This document shows, piece after piece, positions 13,715-25,649 of a DNA stretch of 64,000 bases (position 1 is its first letter; every line of letters starts with the position of its first letter). This DNA is from Eledone cirrhosa. Lineage: Eukaryota. The position numbers and the translations under genes were made by a program. The stretch lies in assembly GCA_964016885.1 (NCBI GenBank), contig OZ024748.1, positions 38,068,001 to 38,132,000 of the forward strand. The letters are read 5' to 3'. Below the pieces are notes generated by a model that searched no databases, was not told the origin of the DNA, and worked only from the letters and a program-made list of their open reading frames with translations.

Positions 13715-14051
13715 GGCATACACTCTGATGCACGCACGCACACATATATTCACATACACAATCATACGCAAACAGACGCGCACATGCGTGCACAGACACA
13801 CATTGGGCATGCGTGTAAGTGTAGCCGTACATGTGTTTGGATGTGAACGTGCTTGTGTGTATATGTGTATGCCTGCTTGTGTGTGAGTGCATGTGTGTGT
13901 GTAGATGTGTGTGTATGTAGATGTGTGTGTGTATGTACATGTTATCAGTGACAAGTAAGATGACCAACATTGCTACTGGCCGTTTCCAAGGACACAAAAC
14001 TTGGACTAACCACAGAGGCGTTCTTCATTTCCTCTTTGTTTTATTGTAACA

Positions 14052-15033
14052 GTGGTGGCGGTGGTGGTGGTGGTGGTGGTGCTGGTGGTGGTGGTGGTGG
14101 TGTCTAGTGGTGGTGGTGCTGCTGCTCCTGCTGCTGCTGGTGATGATGGTGGTGGTGTCTAGTGGTGGCGGTGGTGGTGGTGGTGGTGTCTAGTGGTGGT
14201 GGTGATGCTGCTGCTGCTGCTGGTGATGATGGTGGTGGTATCTAGTGGTGGTGGTGGTGGTGTATAGTGGTGGTGGTGATGGTGGTGATGGTGTTATAGG
14301 TAGTGTAGTGGTGGTGGTAGTGTGTAGTGGTGGTGGTGGTGGTGGTGATGGTTGTGGTGTTGCTGCTGCTGCTGATGGTGGTGGTGGTGGTGGTGGTGGT
14401 GGTGGTGGTGGTGGTGGTGGTGTGTAGTGGTGGTGGCGGTGGTGGTGGTGGTGGTGTGTAGTGGTGGTGGTGTGTAGTGGTGGTGTTGTAGTGGTGATGG
14501 TGGTGTGGTGGTGATGGTGGTGTAGTGGTGATGGTGGTGTAGTGGTGGTGGTGTGTAGTGGTGGTGGTGTAGTGGTGATGGTGGTGATGGTGGTGTAGTG
14601 GTGATGGTGGTGTAGTGGTGGTGGTGTAGTAGTGATGGTGGTGTAGTGGTGATGGTGGTGTAGTGGTGGTGGTGTGTAGTGGTGATGGTGGTGTAGTGGT
14701 GATGGTGGTGTAGTGGTGATGGTGGTGTAGTGGTGATGGTGGTGTAGTGGTGGTGGTGTGTAGTCATGGTGTTGTGTAGTGGTGGTGGTGTGTAGTGGTG
14801 GTGGTGTGTAGTGGTGGTGTTGTGTAGTGGTGGTGGTGTAGTGGTGATGGTGGTGTAGTGGTGATGGTGGTGTAGTGGTAATGGTGGTGTAGTGGTGATG
14901 GTGGTGTAGTGGTGATGGTGGTGTAGCGGTGGTGGTGTGTAGTGGTGGTGTTGTGTAGTGGTGGTGGTGTAGTGGTGATGGTGGTGTAGTGGTGATGGTG
15001 GTGTAGTGGTAATGGTGGTGTAGTGGTGGTGGC
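14052..15033. repeat. GGT/TAGT-based low-complexity tandem repeat
   Basis: Seen directly. Confidence 0.9.
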
Positions 15034-15161
15034 AGTGTCTGGTGGTACATCAACGATATTAAATTACAGGTAAAAGAGGTGACTTTATACATTGAGACAT
15101 CAACAATATCAACACCAGCAGGATTTACTCATCACTGAGTACTGAACAAAACTATAGAGAC

Positions 15162-15198
<37 letters not shown>

Positions 15199-15203
15199 AT
15201 CTA

Positions 15204-15300
<97 letters not shown>

Positions 15301-15327
15301 ATATATGATATCTATGACATATGTATA

Positions 15328-15380
<53 letters not shown>

Positions 15381-15410
15381 ATATATATGATATCTATGAC
15401 ATATGTATAA

Positions 15411-15444
<34 letters not shown>

Positions 15445-15465
15445 GATAATAATAATAATAATAAT

Positions 15466-15623
15466 TGTTTCTACTTTAGGCACAAGGCCAGCAATTACCC
15501 AGTGCATTACTGGTACTTTATTTTATCGACCCCGTAAGGATGAAAGGCAAAGTCAACCTCGGCGTCAACCTCGACGAGATTTGAACTCAGATCGTAAAGG
15601 GACGTAACTATGCTGGAAAGCAT
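15466..15623 (-). mobile_element. SINE family 1, 5'-truncated
   Basis: Homologous to 1848-2032, with a small internal duplication of GTCAACCTCG. Confidence 0.85.
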
Positions 15624-15869
15624 GATAATAATAATAATAATAATATTATTATTTATACTTATACATACACTATATATAGTTATAAACAGGAAAGGTCAGT
15701 AATTAATTACCACCTTACTACCAGTAAGAAAAATAGCTCAATGTAAATACATGAGATGTTTTACAGAGCCGGAATATAAATTACACAATAATCAAAACTA
15801 TGTTCAAAACATTTTATCAGCAATAAAATGTTTTGAACATAGTCTTGATTATTCTGTAATTTATATATA

Positions 15870-16265
15870 CGAGGGTAATCCCAAAAGTAAGGTTTCCAAA
15901 GCGAGAAACTGTTCGTACGGCTGTTGGCAACACTGTTGTGATTGGTGCTTCCTTCACTCCCAAACAAGCATGCGCGCGCTTCACTGGGATGCACAATCTT
16001 GGCTTGGCAGCCGTTGAGAATGGTGCCCGTTGAACGCTACCGCAGCCAAGTGCGAATTTCGCGCAGTTATTATATAGAGGGCAATCCCAAAAGTAAGGTC
16101 TCCTTCTGAGGAAAACATGCGTAAAGATCGGTAGATCACTCTGGATGCTCTCTGCATTTTGGTTCATGAGGTTTCCTGAAGCACCATCCACAGGATTTTA
16201 ACGGAAAAGTTGCAATATCGGAAGTTGCAATATCGGAAGGAGACCTTATTTTGAGATTGCCCTCG
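15870..16265 (+). mobile_element. Mariner-derived composite: 5' TIR plus transposase start, followed by a MITE
   Basis: TIR CGAGGGYAATCCCAAAAGTAAGGTYTCC at 15870 and again at about 16077, inverted copy ending 16265. TA flanks. Peptide AAKCEFRAVI resembles a mariner N-terminus. Confidence 0.75.
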
Positions 16266-16754
16266 TATATATATATATATATTTAAATAATTTTGATAAC
16301 ATTATTTTTAAAAATTAAATAACATTAGTGTCTGCGGTTCTATTTACATGCCAACACAAGAGCAAGAGTAAAGTGTTCATTCTCCTGACATGGCTTTAAA
16401 ATGAGGCTTGTTTGCATAATTGCAAACGAATCGAATGTTTATTAATATTCGAAAAACTCAGATTACATTTATTGTTTTCAGCCATGTAGAGCTATATATA
16501 TATATACATGTGTATATAGACAATCTTTTCAGCCATGTAGAGCGAGTATATATACATTATATATGTATGTACATAGGACTAGTTGTCTGTCAACTAGATA
16601 TATGAAAGAGACTTTTCTGTATATCGTTTAAATTTGTATAAATTATGCTCTGAGCTTAATGTCCAGTGAGCTTCCTTTGTTGAGTAACTTAATCAATATA
16701 CATTAGATGTGTTTAGATTTAACCTAACAAGAGAATATATATATATATATATAT

Positions 16755-17279
16755 AAGAGGGTGTTAAAGTTTGCTTGAAGCATTGTGAAATGTGTAAAAT
16801 ACGTAGTTTAGAAAGCCACAACAATGCAGAGGGAAATCTCGAGGTAGGAAGTGAATGATAGATAGGAGAAATAGGAGAAAGTGAAAATTGAGAGAGACAA
16901 AGATGAAAACAAAACAAAGGTAGAAGGGTTACCGTAGTGGAGATTTAATCCCAATATTTCGGGCTCACGCCCATCAACGGGGGAAAGTTCCAAAAGGGGG
17001 GGAACAGGCTAAGCGGAGAAAGTTGTGATGTCGTTAAAACAGGTTTAACGACATCACAACTTTCTCCGCTTAGCCTGTTCCCCCCTTTTGGAACTTTCCC
17101 CCGTTGATAGGCGTGAGCCCGAAATATTGGGATTAAATCTCCACTACGGTAACCCTTCTACCTTTGTTTTGTTTTCATCTTTGTCTCTCTCAATTTTCAC
17201 TTTCTCCTATTTCTCCTATCTATCATTCACTTCCTACCTCGAGATTTCCCTCTGCATTGTTGTGGCTTTCTAAACTACG

Positions 17280-17286
<7 letters not shown>
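16755..17286. mobile_element. Fold-back non-coding PLE terminal-repeat insertion (family C)
   Basis: Arms 16795-17038 and 17044-17286, 5-nt spacer, 40-nt tail on the left only, (TA)n flanks. Variant HHR in each arm (16949-16984 minus, 17097-17132 plus). Confidence 0.85.
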
Positions 17287-17330
<44 letters not shown>

Positions 17331-17346
17331 GATGGATTCAGTTTGA

Positions 17347-17460
17347 AACTGGTTAGACCATTACTCACCAGAATACTCGATACTTGGGGTAGTAGAGTAT
17401 GGTTATATTATAAAGTGTCGGGACCCGAATGGCTGAGCTCTTGCCGTTTCAACAGCTAGT
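17347..17460 (-). mobile_element. Diverged 3' fragment of HHR family B
   Basis: Similar to 18930-19045. Confidence 0.65.
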
Positions 17461-17560
17461 AGACGCATGGCCTAGTGGTTAGAGCGTTGGGCTTGCAATC
17501 GTTATGAGTTCGATTCACGGACCCTGTGATGTATCGTATCCTTCATCCAGACACTACCTT
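17461..17560 (+). mobile_element. SINE family 2 head
   Basis: TGGCCTAGTGGTTAGAGC..GAGTTCGATTC. Confidence 0.7.
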
Positions 17561-18040
17561 TCAGGTGTGTGATCCTCTGAGGCTATGGTAGAAGACATTT
17601 GTCCAAGACACCCTACCAAGATCCCGAAACCTTTGTGTTACATACGGAGTGAACTTACGGCAATACCTGGGCCTATAGCCTTCAAGTGGTTTATTGTAAC
17701 TTATAGAATCGTTTTATTTTCATCTCTATGATTAATCATCTCTATAATTAATCAATCATCGATAGAAATACGTTTCAATATGGTGATTTATTGATTTCAA
17801 CAATTGCTACGAAATTTTCAATTCCTCTTCAATAGATTTCTTTTGTCACATAATGGCGACATCGATATAACGATTACAGTGTTACATATATACATACATA
17901 CTCGTATATATGTACATATACACATATATATACACATATATACGAGTATGTATATAGATATATATGTGGGAATGTATATATGTGTGTGTATGTATGTGTG
18001 AATATATGTATATGTGTATATATATAAATGTTTGTATGTA

Positions 18041-18079
<39 letters not shown>

Positions 18080-18679
18080 GTATATATATATACATATGTA
18101 TATGTATGTATATATATATATGTATATATACATATATATATATATGTATGTATGTATGTGCCTGTGTAGCCATGTATATGTGCGTGTGTTCATATGTAAG
18201 TATATATGTATGTAGTGATGAAAGGCTGGATGAACCGATGAACCGATGGATGCGTGGCGCCTTTTGCCCTTTCTTTTACATGTTTATGTGATTGGTAACT
18301 CTGCCAAGATCCTGAACTGACCGGAACCTAATTCTGTGTTGTTTGTGCTCCGTCGTGTTTTAGTAAAGACTTCCATGTTTTCTAGCTTATAACGTAGTCG
18401 ATCTGATCAAAGCTTCGATTACCAAACACGGCCTACGTCAGCAATACTGGCTTTGAAGATATTTAACAGGCATAACTTTAAGATCAGTCTTAGCTCCATG
18501 GCCAACTTCTACTAACCAACAAACCCTAACAATCTGACTTAACTGGGTTCTCTTGTAGGAACAGTGATACATGCATGGCGAGATGCTGAATGAGGAAAGT
18601 CCCGACCACGGCACCAAACTGTCGTGAATTTACCTTTATATAGAGCAATAACCGTCTTATTTGCGTGTATATATATATA

Positions 18680-18903
18680 TAGTTATGTAATAAACAACAT
18701 AAGATAATTATTTCATTTACCAGTGGTTTCTTCAGTCGTCAGAACGAATAAAATGACGACTGAGGACAGATATAAATATCTGTCTTTAAGAAACCACTGG
18801 TAAATGAAATAATTATCTTATGTTGTTTATTACATAACTAAAAAGCTCTGTAGCCTATATAGAGCACTCTCTTTTCCTTTACCTTTCCAAAGAAAATACT
18901 TCA
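18680..18903. mobile_element. Fold-back HHR insertion (family A)
   Basis: Inverted arms bounded by 18680 and 18840, tail 18841-18903, partial HHRs in both arms; homologous to 34701-34950. Confidence 0.85.
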
Positions 18904-18913
18904 ATATATATAT

Positions 18914-21222
18914 AACGAAGGAAATGTGGTAAGGAACCAGATGGACCATAACGCACCAAAGTACTCAATACTTAGGGCAGTAGAGTGGGTAATAGGAACG
19001 AGTAGGACCCCGACGGCTGAGCTCAAGCCGTTTCGACGGCTAATTCTGAACTAAATGAAAATGTTTATCCTCGTGAATGAATAGCCGAACTTCTCAGGGG
19101 GTAATTCCATATATGGTAAAAGTGATTGTCACAAGGATTGATCAAAAGTTTGTTGTTGAGACACATGATTCTATCATGGCATTTTGTGGAAGGTAGGGGT
19201 AGCTGAACTTGCCAGTAGAAGAAAGAGGGAGAGGGAGTGGAGGAAACCCAGTCGAGCGTTGAAAGTGACAACTACAGCAGATTCTAAGGATAGAAGGTCG
19301 AAAAAAGTATACTAGAGAGGGGAGGGGATGGAAGTCGAAACAATAAGTAAATCTATATGGAGTAAATATATAGAAAAAATATAAAAAATATAAAAAATAT
19401 AAAAAATATAAAAAATATAAAAAATATAAAAAAAAACACAATTTCTGGTTACTATTCACCTTCCACAATCATCAAATCTCTCACTGGTACTGCTAAGCTA
19501 TAGAAAAGTTTAATATGTGGGACGGAATACTAAATACGAGATTGTAGTGAAAGAATTTTATGAGTTAGTAGTAATCGGCCAAATCTATCTTACAATGACA
19601 GGTCAACAAGTAGGGGGCCAAAATATAAAAAAAAACTAATACAAAATAATAATTCAGAGGCCCGAAACTAATACGAAATATTAATTCAGAATCCCGAAAC
19701 ATGAATACTAATATGATATATATAAGTTCGTCTTTCTTGTTTAGGAGTTGATCCATCGAAAACAACATTTGTAATGTTTCCTCCGAGCATAAGTTACACG
19801 GACGGCGTCCTCTCGTGTCAGAGTTGGCTCTGGACAGTAAGCTCCAAGTGAGATTATAGGTTATATTGTTATCTTTGATAGAGGAAACATTACAAATGCT
19901 GTTTTCGACGGACCAACTCCTAAACAAATAAGACGAACTGGTAACTGCATGCAAAGACAGATTGCGTAGGACTTACCTCGCCCTCAAACCCTATAATGAC
20001 CCGGGGGGGGTAGACAGGGGCTGAAACACCCCACTTGCCGACTTGTGTAACCCTTGCTTACAAAGGTAGACGTAACTTTTTTGTATAGATTTTCTTATAT
20101 ATTTTTTATCGTTTTCTCTATATTTCCTTCTTCTCCCCATCCCTTCCTAGTCCTTCCACCCCAGATCTCCTTTTTTGTCGTCGTTCTTTTCACCTTCTCG
20201 CCCACCCCGGTGCAGCCCCTCGGTCCTCTGTAGCCTCAGTACCCCCACCCCCTTATTCTATGATAGAATTGGCCGATTCTGCTTTTTATAGCAGATGTGC
20301 TAGACCCCAGATACTTGCTTTCTTCTCTGATTGCTGCCACATTTCCGTGATTTCTAGATTTCTTAGTGGTATTTCTGCTTTAGTTTCTCGTATATCAGTA
20401 TTTTTGTTTTGGAGGGGGGGGGGGGATTCTGAATTAATTTTTCGTATTAGTTTTTCATATATATTGTGCGAGCATTTATGTAGTTTGTATTAGAATTTAT
20501 GTATAATAGCAGTACTTCTATATATCGTATTAGTATTCATGTTTCGGGATTCTGAATTAATATTTCGTATTAGTTTCGGGCCTCTGAATTATTATTTCGT
20601 ATCAGTTTTTTTTAGTATTTTGGCCCCCTACTTGTTGACCTGTCATTGTAAGATAGATTTGGCCGATTACTACTAACTCATAAAATTCTTTCACTACAAT
20701 CTCGTATTTAGTATTCCGTCCCACATATTAAACTTTTCTATAGCTTAGCAGTACCGATGAGAGATTTGATGATTTTAGAAGGGGAATAGTAACCAGAAAT
20801 TGTGTTTTTTTTATATTTTTTATATTTTATATACTTTTCTATATATTTACTCCATATAAATTTCCTTATTGTTTCAACTTCCTCCCCCCCACCCCTCCCC
20901 TTCTCTAGTATACTTTTTTCGACCTTCTATCCTTAGAATCTGCTGTAGTTGTCACTTTCAACGCTCGACTGGGTTTCCTCCACTCCCTCTCCCACTTTCT
21001 TCTACTGGCAAGTTCAGTAACCCTACCTTCCACAAAATGCCATGATAGAATCATGTGTCTCAACAACAAACTTTTGACCAATCCTTGTGACAATCACTTT
21101 TACCATATATGGAATTATCCCCTGAGAAGTTCGGCTATTCATTCACGAGGATAAACATTTTCATTTAGTTCAGAATTAGCCGTCGAAACGGCTTGAGCTC
21201 AGCCGTCGGGGTCCTACTCGTT

Positions 21223-21227
<5 letters not shown>
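18914..21227. mobile_element. Fold-back PLE (family B) with GIY-YIG C-terminal remnant
   Basis: Arms about 18992-19723 and 20520-21227; tail 18914-18991 on the left only. Minus-strand peptide TYNLTWSLLSRA..PCNLCSEE..LLNKKDEL. HHR-like fold with a CUGAGAA core (21117-21211 plus, and its mirror). Confidence 0.85.
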
Positions 21228-21282
<55 letters not shown>

Positions 21283-21401
21283 ATTAAAGTATGTGTTTTA
21301 GTTTATCACCGGCACTTTCGTATGCAGCAATTATGAGTAAATGAAGTGAATTATAACCCGTTGAGTTGTACTTCATGATTATATATATATATATATATAT
21401 G

Positions 21402-21483
<82 letters not shown>

Positions 21484-21912
21484 AGAGAAAGAGAGAGAGA
21501 GAGTGAGAGAGAGAGAGAGGGGGGGGGGAGCGAGAGCGAGAGAGGAAATGAAATACGAACAGATGTTGAAGAATGAATTGAGTTTGAGACGAGAAATATT
21601 TATTCATGAGTACGATCAAAACTGCACAAAGTCTTGGTCAGCAAAAGATGTTATGGACGTGTAAAACATCTCATGAAGATATAAGAAGCTGCAGTCATCA
21701 TTCATGCTGAAATGAAAGAATGTCTCTCTATGTTTTGTTCAAACTTCGATTTCATAATGTCGGCCATTGATGTTAAAGTTGTAGATGTTCTCTATATTTA
21801 TAAGGCAGAGAGACAGACAGACAGATATACAGACAGATAGATATATTTCTTTATTTGCCACAAGGCAGATAGATAGATAAACAGATAGATAGATAGATAT
21901 ATAGATAGACAT

Positions 21913-21982
<70 letters not shown>

Positions 21983-22253
21983 TTCTTTATTTACCATAAA
22001 AGCATAAAAAGAAGGGACAAATACAAAGAGGGAGTTTACATAAAACCGAGTAAAAAGGGTATAAAATGAAAATAATCGAAAACAATCTCAAAAGGGAGGG
22101 GACGTGATGGGGGTTGCACACACCCCCGAAAAAGTGTGCAATCCTTTGCCCGGGGAGCACATGGAGAAGGTGCTCCCCTCTCCTTCACTTCTTTACCTAC
22201 AGGATGGTATACAGAGAAGGCCCATTTACACGAGCCATTCTCGCCACTATAAC

Positions 22254-25200
22254 CTACCTTTCATAAAACTGCCTGTGGCCAAGCACCTCTCTCTCCATTC
22301 TTATCCTTCTTCCGAAGTGATATCGGAAGAAGTAGACCAGACTATGGCCAGAGAGGAAGTTGCCTGACCTCAGACCTTTCAATCGTGTCCACCAAACAAC
22401 CTCTTTCAACATGGCTATTACGCACAGAAAAACCGCCTTTGCTTCCTTTGTGAAGAGGGGAGGCGGCTTGATTGTGATCACGGACTCGGCGGTCAATCGA
22501 ATCGGCGCCACCCGCGATAGCAGTCGTTCGGCGTAGCCCCACAGATCAGCCACGCCCGGACATTGCTCCAATGCGTGCGCAACGGTTTCTTCGTGACGCA
22601 CGCATCTAGGGCAAATCTTTTTCGAGGGATCCCTGCCCGGGCGCTCGTGTCTGTAGAGCATCTCTCGAACGGGTAGAGCCCCCTCGGTAGCACTGCCAGG
22701 CTAGTGACTTCTGGAAGTTGTCCATTGGTCCCGAGCCGAAAGTCCTACCGAACAGACTGGCCAGTTCGTCCTCTTCCATGTCCAGCGACTCTCCAAGGGT
22801 GTCATCGCCCCTGCTAGCCACCAGCCCTCTATATAATGATGAGGTGGATTCTCCACCAATGGCCGGGCCCGCTTGCCAGAGAGCCCTGAGCGCCTGGGCA
22901 CACTCAGTGTGCCAGTCTCCCAGTTTTCCGGATCTTTGCTTGACCCAGGACTGCAGCTCGGTGAGCGAGACTAGTCTCGGAAAGGCTCGTTTCACGAACG
23001 GAGTCCACACCTGTTGACCAGTGAGGAATACCTGTAGGTGCCGTAGCCTTAATGCGTGCCTACGCATCATCAACCACGGCATCCCCAGCCCTCCTTTCGA
23101 AGGGTGTTGGCAGCAGAGATGGATCTTCTCACCATAGGAGGGCGCTTCTTCCAAAGAAATTGGAAGAGCATGCGTTCCATGGTGGTGAGTGTTTCCTTAG
23201 GGCAAGGCACGACAGTCAGGCGGTAGTAAGTGACGGACGCTATGTAAATGTTCGCTACCTCCGCCCGACCTTTTAGAGACAGCTTACACTTGGCCCATTT
23301 CTGGGTTAGTGCAAACACCTTGTTCGTAACCTCGTCCCAGTTCTTTTCCACCTGGAGGTCCGGTCCAAACCAGACCCCAAGCAACTTCACCGGGCCCTCC
23401 GTCCAGTGTCCGACGACACCGTCGGGAGGCATCGGTCTGCCTCTCCATGTTCCGAGTTGCAGCCCGATGGATTTTTCCCGGTTCAGTTTCGCTCCTGACA
23501 ACCTTTCGTAATCCTCCAGTAAGGTACCGATCGCCTCGATCTCCGAGTCGGTCGATACCATTACTGTTACGTCATCGGCGTAGGCCGACACCGCTTTGCT
23601 CAATCCTGGTTCCAGGGGGATACCCTGCAACAACTCCAACTTCCTCAGTAAAGGCTCGAGAGTCAATATGCACCCCTGTCGAATGGATCGTGTGATTTCG
23701 AACGGCTTCGAAAGGTAGCCGTTCACCTTGATCCTAGAACAGATGTGGTTGCTATGTAAGGCAGTGATCCAGCCTCTGAAAACAGGACCGAACCCAGCCG
23801 CGGTTAGCACCGCATCCAGGTAACCATAGTCGACCCTATCGAAGGCCTTAGACTGATCCAAGTTGATCAGGGCCCCACCGAAGCCGGGTTTGTTGCCAAC
23901 CCTCTCTATGATGTAACGCATGAGGTGGAGGTTATCGTGAATGGACCTGGATGGGATAGCACATGTCTGCGCATCTCCCACCAGGCCACCCACGACAAGC
24001 GCCAACCTCTTTGCTAATACCTTGGCCAAAATCTTTAACTCTATGTTTAGCAGGGTTATGGGCCGAAAATTATTTATACTATCCCCCTTGTTCTCGTCCT
24101 TCCTGACTAGCGAGACTATGCCCTTGGCTACAGAACAAGGAATTCTCCCGTTCTGCTGCCAATTGCAGTAGACCGCTTCGAGGAGTTCGGAGAAGAAGAC
24201 CGGCATTGCTAAATAAAGTTCGTAAGGTATACCATCGAGACCTGGATATTTTCGTCTGCTGCATTGGCTCAGCGCATCCCCGATCTCATCAGCCGAGATT
24301 GGTCCCTCGCAGGACTCTGCCTCTTCGCTCGAGAGACGCGGCAGGCCGTCGAGGTATGGACCGAAATCCACGTCCCCGCCCGGACCCTCGCCTCCCCCGA
24401 ATAATCGGGCAAAGTGGCTTTGAAAGGCCTCGCACATCTGCTTAGGCTCCCGGATCACCCGTCCATCCTCGTCTTGCAAAGTCCGGACGGTGGATCGATT
24501 TCCACTCTTAGCTTCTGTCACGCGGGCCCAGCCAACGGCTTTGGCCCCCTCATTACCTAGAGCACGTATTTTACTTCGAATGACGCAGCCTTCGTGCTTT
24601 GCATCGAAAAACTGGCTCAAGGCCGTCCTCGATGCCAGCACTCTGGCCACATCTTCGCTCTTGATTGCCTCTTCTAATTTACCTGTTAATTCTTTTTCGT
24701 TTTTATTCCTATCGGCAGCTAACATCTTGCTATAACTTATTGATTCTGTTCTAATCTCTCTTTTGAGAGATGCCCACCATCTGTTGTTGACGATTGCACC
24801 CGTCAACCTCTCCTTAACTAATCTGCTAATCCGGTTTCTGTAAGTCTCTTTTACCGGTAAAGACAAATTAAGTTTCCAGTAACCGGGACCCTGTTTATGT
24901 GTTTTCTCGAGATTGACTACGCAGGTCACTAATTTGTGATTCGTATAGCCAACCGTGAGCATTTCTGGACAGCTTAATATGTCCCTATCCTTACTTCTAA
25001 CTAAGAATCTATCTAAGTACGATCTAGATTGACCACTATGGTTCGTCCAAGTCCAGGTTGGCACAGTTGGAAAATCTAGTCGATATCTATCGACCAAGTT
25101 AAAATGGTCGAGTAACCCCTTGAGGCTGTTACACCCTCCTCTATTAGGACATGCTCCTGCATAGTCCCAACGTGCATCTAGGATGTCATTCCAATCCCCC

Positions 25201-25616
25201 GCTAGAAGCAGGGAACGCGACGTTCCCAGAAAAGTCTCCAAACGCTGGAAGAAGTCGGGCTGTTCAGCTCCGAAAGGGGAGTAGACGGCGACCAGTCTCA
25301 AGTCCGCACCTTCACTACTGCCAATGTCTAGCACCAACAAACGCCCCTCCGGGTCCGAGTGAACAACCTGTACGGCGAGACCCAGGTGTTTTTCCATCAG
25401 TACGACAACCCCACCCCCACCTCCAGGTTGAAAGAGAGATGCATGCACCTCAAAGTCATCGAAGGTAGGGGCCAGCTGCCGCACGACGCTGATCCGAGTC
25501 TCACAGATAACCATTACATTTATACCACGTGACCTGAGGTCATTTAGAAGCTTTGCTTGCTTCCAAGTTGAGCCCAGGCGACGTGCATTCAAACATCCTA
25601 CTCTTAACACATCCAT
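22254..25616 (-). pseudogene. LINE ORF2 (APE endonuclease, RT, C-terminal Cys/His), frameshifted
   Basis: APE motifs CLNAR, CET, GDWN, SYLDRF. RT motifs PGLDG, RPITLLN, DQSKAFD, YADD. CPRC..ETVAHALEQC. Frameshifts near 23130 and 22685. RQGC is joined directly to ILTLEP, so the usual PLSPLL segment is missing. Confidence 0.92.
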
Positions 25617-25649
25617 GTGGGCGGCAAAGCCAAAGGAGAGTGTAGAGAC

